Assembly: GCA_041666745.1 (NCBI GenBank) | Contig: JBAYGI010000001.1 | Coordinates: 155,095 to 219,094 of the forward strand | Length of the DNA: 64,000 nucleotides | Direction: 5' to 3' | Source: Candidatus Magasanikiibacteriota bacterium | GTDB taxonomy: Bacteria; Patescibacteriota; Patescibacteriia; Magasanikbacterales; GWA2-37-8 | Shown here: in pieces, positions 1 through 6,632 of the stretch | Layout: each line of letters starts with the position of its first letter | Position numbering within the stretch: the stretch's first letter is position 1 | Notes under the pieces: generated by a model | Told to the model about the DNA's origin: nothing | What the model saw: only the letters and a program-made list of their open reading frames with translations | The model's database searches: none | Position numbers and translations under genes: made by a program

Positions 1-2
1 AT

Positions 3-188
3 GGAAGGACAGTAGATGCTTTGGTGGCCAAAGAATCTGCGGGAGGTAGCCATGCGATTTCCTACAAAAATCCAGATACTGGAGAGGTCAAACTGGTTAC
101 TGATCCAAAAAGGATATTCGATGAGAACCATTTAGGTAGCACGCCTAGGATTGTAGCAGGTGGTAGAGGCACAGCGAGTTTAAAGTAA
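3..188 (+). CDS. 3' end of a hypothetical protein running in from the left edge
   Basis: Frame 3 is open from the window edge to TAA at 186-188 and is followed by a terminator. Confidence 0.6.
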   Translation, partial: GRTVDALVAKESAGGSHAISYKNPDTGEVKLVTDPKRIFDENHLGSTPRIVAGGRGTASLK

Positions 189-196
189 AGTAACTT

Positions 197-227
197 AAAA
201 AACCCTTAGCATAAGCTAGGGGTTTTT
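197..227 (+). terminator. Intrinsic terminator
   Basis: aaaaaacccttagc-ataa-gctaggggttttt hairpin with T tract. Confidence 0.8.
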
Positions 228-268
228 GCTGTTATTAGCCAAAATATGGCATTTTTACCCCCACCCCC

Positions 269-297
269 TTGACAAAATCTCTGTTTAGTGGTATACT
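269..297 (+). promoter_or_regulatory. sigma70 promoter with extended -10 driving the GC-rich gene array
   Basis: TTGACA (269-274), 17 nt, TG-g-TATACT (292-297). Confidence 0.8.
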
Positions 298-475
298 TAT
301 CTGTTAGTTTTAAAAAGGACAATTTAATCGAGTTTCATCTGAGGTTTTGAGAGAGACCAAAGATAAAAGGAAATAGCCGATAAGAATGCAATTCTCTCAC
401 CAATGAGAGTTTTTTTGTGCCATTTTAGTCTAGTGAACAATATACATTGTGGACTGGACTAAGATTGCAACGACG

Positions 476-490
476 GTTCTTTACAATTTA
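476..490 (+). promoter_or_regulatory. boxA-like (NusB/NusE antitermination) motif
   Basis: GTTCTTTACAATTTA resembles rrn boxA (E. coli TGCTCTTTAACAATTTA); recurs at 1658, 2657 and 13456. Confidence 0.55.
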
Positions 491-509
491 GATGGTAAAA
501 AAACTACTT

Positions 510-726
510 AATCTGCGTGGAAGTAAATACGTGTCATTCCCGTGAAAACGGGAATCTAACATATCTTTACTCCCACGCAGGTTCTAAGCGTAGGGGGGTT
601 GCACCTTTTTGGTGTAGGCCTTCCCGCGTTAGGGAAAAACGTGCAAAGCGTCAGAGTTAACAACTTCGTTCCATCAGAAGGTAACCAATCTTTTCTGCAT
701 GGGACAACGTCCTTTAAGGAGGACCA
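510..726 (+). ncRNA. Conserved structured 5' leader RNA, copy 1
   Basis: Homologous to 13485-13715; five stems with compensatory changes; a REP palindrome sits in the first loop. Confidence 0.7.
533..557 (+). repeat. GTCATTCCC..GGGAAT REP/dRS3-like palindrome
   Basis: gtcattcccgtgaaaacgggaatct. Confidence 0.85.
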
Positions 727-1473
727 ATGAACTGCCCATCCTGTAACGTCCTGCTCGCAGTCCCAATGCCGAATTCGTGTCCCTCGTGTGGGCACCTTCT
801 TCTGACGGTCCCGGTCGCCATGGCGGCACCGCGATTGGTCGGAAGCTTTTCGGTACAGCAGCCCGCCACCCCCGCCCCCGTCACCACGACGCCGCCGGCC
901 GCTCCGACCACGGTGGTCACGACGCAATCCGCCCCCGCGACCATTCAGGTTGCGTCCGTATTGCTTTGGATCGCCGGCATTCTGGCCGCTGTCGTGTTGA
1001 TCGCGATTCTGATCCTGACGTGGGTCAACGTGAAAACAACGGCGACGACTGATGAGTTGGCCCGCGCCACCAAACTCATCAACGATAACTCCGATGAGAA
1101 CGGCGAAGTGGTCGTCAAGGCCACTCGCGGCGCAATCGGCACCTCCGAAACGAATGTCAAGCAGGCCATCACAGCCAGCGAGACGAACGTCAAGAAGGCA
1201 ATCACCGATGACGGCAATGCGACGCGCACCGCGATCACCACTTCCGAAACGAATGTCAAGCAGGCCATCACAGCCAGCGAGACGAACGTCAAGAAGGCAA
1301 TCACCGATGACGGCAATGCGACGCGCACCGATGTCAAGGAAGCTCGTAAGGCCCTCCGTTGGGCCATAGCGTCACGGGCATCGAAGTCTGATATCTCGAC
1401 GCTGGAAACGAACATGAGGGCGTCCATCAAGGACAGCAAGCTCACGGTGCGGATCGAAGATCAGCGCAAGTAA
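727..1473 (+). CDS. GC-rich membrane-anchored coiled-coil protein (N-terminal CxxC..CxxC zinc ribbon, Pro/Thr linker, one TM helix, 11-residue repeats)
   Basis: 248-aa ORF, SD AAGGAGG, CPSC..CPSC, hydrophobic stretch VLLWIAGILAAVVLIAILILTW. Confidence 0.85.
   Translation: MNCPSCNVLLAVPMPNSCPSCGHLLLTVPVAMAAPRLVGSFSVQQPATPAPVTTTPPAAPTTVVTTQSAPATIQVASVLLWIAGILAAVVLIAILILTWVNVKTTATTDELARATKLINDNSDENGEVVVKATRGAIGTSETNVKQAITASETNVKKAITDDGNATRTAITTSETNVKQAITASETNVKKAITDDGNATRTDVKEARKALRWAIASRASKSDISTLETNMRASIKDSKLTVRIEDQRK
1144..1330 (+). repeat. Intragenic tandem duplication with 99-nt period (88 nt identical)
   Basis: 1144-1231 equals 1243-1330. Confidence 0.9.
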
Positions 1474-1657
1474 GTAGTTTTTCAACCATCTGCCCTCGCT
1501 AGTCGGGCGTTGTATTTAGTTCACAAGGAGAACTAAACGCACAAAGTACTAGCAAACGCTGGGTGAGGGTAATGAGAATTTTCTCCTAAAGGCAAATCCT
1601 CCCCACATCCACTTGAATACATTATTGAAACATAGTGTGGTCAAGCGGATGAAAAAT

Positions 1658-1672
1658 GTTCTTTAAAATTTA
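1658..1672 (+). promoter_or_regulatory. boxA-like motif
   Basis: GTTCTTTAAAATTTA immediately after hairpin 1606-1651. Confidence 0.55.
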
Positions 1673-1739
1673 GGTTAGGAAAGTGGCGAATTGCGTCACG
1701 TGAGATTTCAATTCTTCAACGGTCACAAGGAGACCAATC

Positions 1740-2438
1740 ATGAAGAAGACAATCAAGTTGGTCGCGAGCTTTTTCGCGATGATGGTCGCATTGGCGGTCA
1801 TCGGTGCTTCGTCGGCTTCGGCAGACGAAGTTCAGGCAAATGTCGGCGATGAGGTCGAAGTCAAGGACGGCGACACGATCGTGGTCAAACTGCCAAAGAG
1901 CCAGACCCACGTCAGGCTTGGTGGCAAAACCAAGGTCGTGACACCGACATCAGCCCTCGACGACGAGTTCGCACAGCAGGCCAAGGCGGTCACCGAGCCC
2001 GAGGACGCCACGTCCTCGGTTGAGTTCGCAATGTTCGCGTCGAAAGATCCTAATATGGCCGTGGTTGGATCCAAGCTGGGTTTCGCGACGAAAGTCGGGA
2101 CTCCATTGGTTCGTGCCTACGCCGGCGCAACCTTCGGAAAGGCTCTCACGGATCTCAGCGGTTCGAATCAGAATCTTTGGGTCTTCGGCTTCAACGCCGG
2201 CGTCTCGAAGCTCATGACGAAAACTGTCGAGCTCGGAATCTTTGGCACGGCCACCTGGTCGTACCGAGATGTAGTTCGTGAGGCCTCCGCATCGTTCATC
2301 GGTGCGGGTCCGGCACTCCGTGTCAACAAGTGGGGCGTGTTCGTTGAGGCAGGAATTCCGATCGGCTATTGCAACAAGTTTTCCAGAGGTTGGGAGACAG
2401 GTTCGGCCCTTCAAGCCGCCTTCGGTTTCCGCTTCTAG
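1740..2438 (+). CDS. GC-rich secreted protein, outer-membrane beta-barrel-like
   Basis: Signal peptide ending ASA; alternating amphipathic beta strands; C-terminus LQAAFGFRF ends in Phe; SD AAGGAG. Confidence 0.75.
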   Translation: MKKTIKLVASFFAMMVALAVIGASSASADEVQANVGDEVEVKDGDTIVVKLPKSQTHVRLGGKTKVVTPTSALDDEFAQQAKAVTEPEDATSSVEFAMFASKDPNMAVVGSKLGFATKVGTPLVRAYAGATFGKALTDLSGSNQNLWVFGFNAGVSKLMTKTVELGIFGTATWSYRDVVREASASFIGAGPALRVNKWGVFVEAGIPIGYCNKFSRGWETGSALQAAFGFRF

Positions 2439-2627
2439 TAGCCCCACATCCTCAGTTAGCAGAACTGTAAAACTGCCGGTTGTTCGTCGTCGCAGATTTT
2501 CGCGATTGGCGAACCGAGATCTTGGGCTCGGCCGTGCGTTTCTCGCATGGCCAGCTCTCCCCATTGTCCATCATCTTGAATAAATATGGTGTACAGTGTC
2601 AGAGAGTAAAGTTTCTGATAAATAATT

Positions 2628-2652
2628 GTCATTCCCGTGAAAGCGGGAATCC
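2628..2652 (+). repeat. REP-like palindrome
   Basis: gtcattcccgtgaaagcgggaatcc. Confidence 0.85.
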
Positions 2653-2656
2653 AACA

Positions 2657-2671
2657 GTTCTTTACAATTTA
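2657..2671 (+). promoter_or_regulatory. boxA-like motif
   Basis: GTTCTTTACAATTTA, identical to 476-490. Confidence 0.55.
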
Positions 2672-2858
2672 AAACAACGATAGGAAGAAAATTTCCCACC
2701 GCGAAGAGAGTGTGTGTATCTAATACATAATTTCTCTCCGCGGGGGCGAAATTTTCTCCCCAAGGTAATCCGCTTGCTTCTCAGCGAGGAGAAGTGGGTT
2801 GCGGGGGAAAATCCCGCGAGAGTGTCTTTCTGCCAACCAAGACCTATGGAGGGTCATC

Positions 2859-4319
2859 ATGCAGAGCAAGAACATCAAGTTGGTCGCGAGCTGCATCGCG
2901 ATGCTGGTCACGTTGGTGATCAGCGGCTGTAATGGGTTCGAAAACCCCAACTCCACGGACGTCGCCAACAGTGGCACGGACGTGGCGGCGGCGGACGCGG
3001 GTAACACCGCGGACGCCGGACAGAAGGCTGAGATCGCGTCGGTCGACGCCGGCAACGCCGGCACCGACACCTCCGTGCAGGAAGTGCAGCAGGTCGAGAT
3101 CGCGCAGCAGGAAGTCACGACGGACGCCGGCCCAAAGCCGGAGTGCGTCACCAAGACCGATTGCGACGACAACAACCTGTGCACGGTGGATTTCTGTGAG
3201 CAGGGCAAGTGCAGTCATGCGGACGCCTCGGGCGACTGCGACGACGGCAATGCCTGTACGCTCAAGGACACGTGCTCGGCCGGCGCCTGCAAGGGCACGC
3301 CGGTCGACTGCAACGACAACAATCCCTGCACGGACGATTTCTGCCTCGGTGGCGTGTGTTATCAGGGCGTCAACAATGCGCCCTGCAACGACAACGACGC
3401 CTGCACGCAGGAGATGTGCTCGGGCGGCACGTGCCAGATTGGCACGGTGACCGACTGCAACGACAACAACCCATGCACGATCGACACGTGTGATAAGACC
3501 AAGGGTTGTACCAATACACCAGTCGTCTGCGAAGATGGCGATCTGTGCACTATGGATTGGTGCGATTTCGAAACTGGTGCCTGTCTTTTCGTCAACAAGG
3601 TTTGTGACGACGGCAAAGCATGGACAGAAGATTTTTGTGACAGCTTCGGCTGGTACGGAGTCCCTGGCCAGTGTGTCGCAGAAAACAAGCCAAATGGCTG
3701 TTCTAAGGACACGGACTGCAAATGGGACGGCAACCTTTGCACGTTCGTGACCTGCAACGGTATCACAGGCACATGCGGGGCAATCGACAAGAACTGCAAC
3801 GACAATTTGCCCTGCACAGTCGATTCCTGCGCCCCGTCGAAGGGGTGTGTCAGCACGCCGGTGAACTGCGACGATAACAACACCTTGACGACAGACAGTT
3901 GCAATGCTCAGGGCGCCTGCGTCCACACGCCGGTTGGCACCACGCCGACCCCGACGCCGACCACGTTCGTCCAGCTCGGGTTCGTCGCTCCTGTGGCGGC
4001 GGAAATCCACGTCTTTCACGGCGTGGATCCGTCCGATCCGGCCAAGAACGTCGAATCGATCGGGCTGGCTCCCTACGTCATCAACCTTAACCAGTACGAG
4101 GCTTGTGGTACGGCCGATGGTATCGACATCGCCGTGCGCAATCCGACCACGATGGTTTGGTGGTGCGGAGTGGGAGATGGCACGCCGAGCAAGGCACAGC
4201 TCAGTGTCTCGGTCAACGGAAAGTTGGTGACCCCAACGTTCCAGATCGAAATCGGAGCTTGCAGCAACGGACCGGAGGGCAATCTCCACCTGAGCAAATT
4301 GCAGCTCGGCTGTCCCTAG
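2859..4319 (+). CDS. GC-rich Cys-rich lipoprotein with CDDxNxCTxDxC (Dictyostelium/myxobacterial-type) repeats
   Basis: Start at ATG 2859 behind SD GGAGG; lipobox VISG-C; about 10 repeats such as CNDNNPCTIDTC. Confidence 0.85.
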   Translation: MQSKNIKLVASCIAMLVTLVISGCNGFENPNSTDVANSGTDVAAADAGNTADAGQKAEIASVDAGNAGTDTSVQEVQQVEIAQQEVTTDAGPKPECVTKTDCDDNNLCTVDFCEQGKCSHADASGDCDDGNACTLKDTCSAGACKGTPVDCNDNNPCTDDFCLGGVCYQGVNNAPCNDNDACTQEMCSGGTCQIGTVTDCNDNNPCTIDTCDKTKGCTNTPVVCEDGDLCTMDWCDFETGACLFVNKVCDDGKAWTEDFCDSFGWYGVPGQCVAENKPNGCSKDTDCKWDGNLCTFVTCNGITGTCGAIDKNCNDNLPCTVDSCAPSKGCVSTPVNCDDNNTLTTDSCNAQGACVHTPVGTTPTPTPTTFVQLGFVAPVAAEIHVFHGVDPSDPAKNVESIGLAPYVINLNQYEACGTADGIDIAVRNPTTMVWWCGVGDGTPSKAQLSVSVNGKLVTPTFQIEIGACSNGPEGNLHLSKLQLGCP

Positions 4320-4588
4320 TTCTTTCGCAGTATCGGCGCCTATCGTTGACCGGTTTTAAACTTTACCGGTTCTAAACAAAAAGTGAAGGTTATTCGCACC
4401 TTAAATAAAAGCGGACGTTGGAGTGTTTTGATGGAAAACCACTCTTGCGATAGGCCATTTTGGCCAACCGTATTTGTCAGCGATAACTCGTTGGCGGATC
4501 GGAACCTCGGGGCATGCAAATGCCCCACCATCTTGAATTCATAATCTCGATTGTGACTTGAAGATGGAAATAGCAATATCTCCATTAC

Positions 4589-4622
4589 AAAAAACAATCA
4601 CCCTTCTCTCGGGTGGTTTTTT
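4589..4622 (+). terminator. Intrinsic terminator closing the GC-rich array
   Basis: aatcaccc-ttctctc-gggtggtttttt. Confidence 0.75.
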
Positions 4623-4684
4623 GTTTTTGACACTAAATTCATTTTGTGAGATAATAAAATTATCAAAAATTATTTTAACAAAAT

Positions 4685-5053
4685 ATGGATCCAGAAATTA
4701 AACAATATTTTGAAAAAGTCGATCAGCGGATGGATAAAACCGACCAGCGTTTTGATGAACTGATGGATTTTTTGTCTGAAAATATGGCTACCAAAACAGA
4801 TTTGGCAAATTCTGAAAAAAGACTGGAAGAAAAGTTTAATCAAAAAATTGAAACAGAAATCGCCAATCTTAATACAAGTTTGTCTCAAGAAATTCGTATT
4901 TTGCGTGTTGAAGTCGAACAGGTAAAATGGCAAATAGAGAAGTTGGAGAAGCGCATGCGTGAAGATAGTGATGTGTTAAGCAGTGAAGTATTAGACATAA
5001 AGAAACGCATAGATTTGTTGGAGCGTCGATTCAATGAATTGCAGCCAGTTTAG
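4685..5053 (+). CDS. Small coiled-coil protein with MATKxDL motif (DUF1640/CCDC90-like)
   Basis: 122-aa ORF, heptad-rich, MATKTDL; promoter TTGACA-17-GATAAT at 4627-4655. Confidence 0.7.
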   Translation: MDPEIKQYFEKVDQRMDKTDQRFDELMDFLSENMATKTDLANSEKRLEEKFNQKIETEIANLNTSLSQEIRILRVEVEQVKWQIEKLEKRMREDSDVLSSEVLDIKKRIDLLERRFNELQPV

Positions 5054-5074
5054 CGTATCTTGTTTGAGTATATT

Positions 5075-5110
5075 ATCAACCATTACAATATTTGTAGTGG
5101 TTGATTTTTT
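5075..5110 (+). terminator. Intrinsic terminator
   Basis: atcaaccattacaa-tat-ttgtagtggttgat plus T tract. Confidence 0.75.
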
Positions 5111-5221
5111 TATCCACAGTCATTGTTGGTTTACACAGTAAAAAGGTGTATAATAGGCAGGTATACGTTTCTGTTTTTTGTCAAAAATGTATAAAAAAAG
5201 AAATCAAAATATATATTAAAT

Positions 5222-5839
5222 ATGCAGTTTCAGCCATTTTATCAAAAAATAAGAGAAATTAAACCGTTGTTTTCCAAAAAGGATGCCGAGCTGTTGTTTC
5301 CTACCGGAGATATCTCCTCACAACAGCTTTCTCGTTGGTGCAAGCAGGGGTATCTTTTGAAAATTAAAAATGGGCTTTATCTTTTATCCGGATACGAAAA
5401 CCAAGTTCCAAATTTTTTTATTGCTAATGCGATCTACTATCCGTCGTATGTTAGTTTGGAAACTGCTTTGTATGAGTATGGTTTTATTCCGGATGTTCCA
5501 CACACTATCACTTCGGTCACAACCAAAAAAACTAGTTTTGTAAAAATAAATTTAGGGCAATTTTCTTATCGAAAAATTAAAACCGATTGTTTTATTGGCT
5601 ATGAGCCAAAACGATACTTGAAATTCGATGTTTTATTTGCCAGTCCAGAAAAAGCTTTGGTGGATTTTTTCTATTTAAACAAACAACGTTTACAAAAATC
5701 CGAACAGATTACGGAACTGCGCCTAAATTATTTTAGTTTAAAAGAAAAAATAGACAAAGAAAAGTTGCGTCATTATGGATCTTTGTATAAAAGCCCATTG
5801 CTAGATCGTTTGTTAAAAGAGCTGATTAATCAATTTTAA
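5222..5839 (+). CDS. abiEi: AbiEi-family antitoxin (type IV TA)
   Basis: LLKIKNGLY; PSYVSLETALYEYGFIPD; ASPEKALVDFFY. Confidence 0.85.
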   Translation: MQFQPFYQKIREIKPLFSKKDAELLFPTGDISSQQLSRWCKQGYLLKIKNGLYLLSGYENQVPNFFIANAIYYPSYVSLETALYEYGFIPDVPHTITSVTTKKTSFVKINLGQFSYRKIKTDCFIGYEPKRYLKFDVLFASPEKALVDFFYLNKQRLQKSEQITELRLNYFSLKEKIDKEKLRHYGSLYKSPLLDRLLKELINQF

Positions 5840-5841
5840 TT

Positions 5842-6618
5842 ATGGAGGACTTACCATTAATTTTAAAATTTGCCAAAGAACGTGGTCTGCCTTTGAATAA
5901 TCCCAAGAGTTTGTATGTGGAATATTTGCAATATGAAGTATTGAATTCTATTTTTAGACATACGGATAAATTGAGTTTTATTGGCGGTACGGCTTTGCGA
6001 ATTTTATTTAATTCACAAAGATTTTCTGAGGATTTGGACTTTGATAATTTCGGTATTACAGAAAAAGAATTTGAAAAATTGACACGTGATATTTCCAAAG
6101 ATTTGTTTGCCTTGGGTTTTCAGGTAGAATTTAGGAATGTTTATAAAGGGGCATATCATTGTTATTTTAAGTTTGCTGAAATTTTGCAAAAATATGGTTT
6201 TTCACCGCATGCTGATGAAAAAATATTGGTGAGAATTGATACAGTCAAACAGGATTTTGATTTTTCACCGGTTGTTGGCGTTTTGAATAATTTCGGATTA
6301 TTTTTCGAAGTAAGACATAATCCAAAAGATATTTTGTATAGTCAAAAATTATTGGCCGCTTTGGAACGGAAGCGTGGAAAGGGGAGAGACTTTTATGATA
6401 TTACTTTTTTGGATGGTTTGACCAAGCCCAATCTGGACTATTTGAATTACAAAGTTGGTATCAAAACTATGGGTGAATTAAAAGAACGTTTGTTGGCACG
6501 ATGTAGCGAAGTGGATTTCAAAGAGATGGCGCGCGATGTCGAACCGTTTTTGTTCAACCACGACGATATTGTTCGTATTACCAAGTTTCCACAGTATATC
6601 GAGGGGTGGCAGGTGTAA
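5842..6618 (+). CDS. abiEii: AbiEii-family nucleotidyltransferase toxin
   Basis: FIGGTALR..RFSEDLDF; KGRDFYD. Confidence 0.9.
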   Translation: MEDLPLILKFAKERGLPLNNPKSLYVEYLQYEVLNSIFRHTDKLSFIGGTALRILFNSQRFSEDLDFDNFGITEKEFEKLTRDISKDLFALGFQVEFRNVYKGAYHCYFKFAEILQKYGFSPHADEKILVRIDTVKQDFDFSPVVGVLNNFGLFFEVRHNPKDILYSQKLLAALERKRGKGRDFYDITFLDGLTKPNLDYLNYKVGIKTMGELKERLLARCSEVDFKEMARDVEPFLFNHDDIVRITKFPQYIEGWQV

Positions 6619-6632
6619 TATATTAGAGCAAA

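Noticed and set aside
2799-2858. Upstream start extensions in the ORF track (also 15481, 35724, 43372, 55882, 59818, 62729)
   Set aside because: They overlap promoters, leaders or neighbouring genes; downstream ATGs fit the SD, signal peptide or family N-terminus better
2844-4289. Long antisense and alternative-frame ORFs over the GC-rich genes (also 945-1445, 1950-2564, 13647-14270)
   Set aside because: Shadow ORFs expected from high GC3; the sense ORFs have the SD, signal peptides and coherent motifs
727-4319. Contaminant or chimeric contig as the explanation for high GC
   Set aside because: GC-rich ORFs recur at four separate loci and are interleaved with AT-rich native promoters and the genome's own REP repeat; read-level confirmation is still advisable
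727-4622. Integron cassette array
   Set aside because: No consistent RYYYAAC/GTTRRRY attC boundaries and no integrase; the spacers are long structured UTRs
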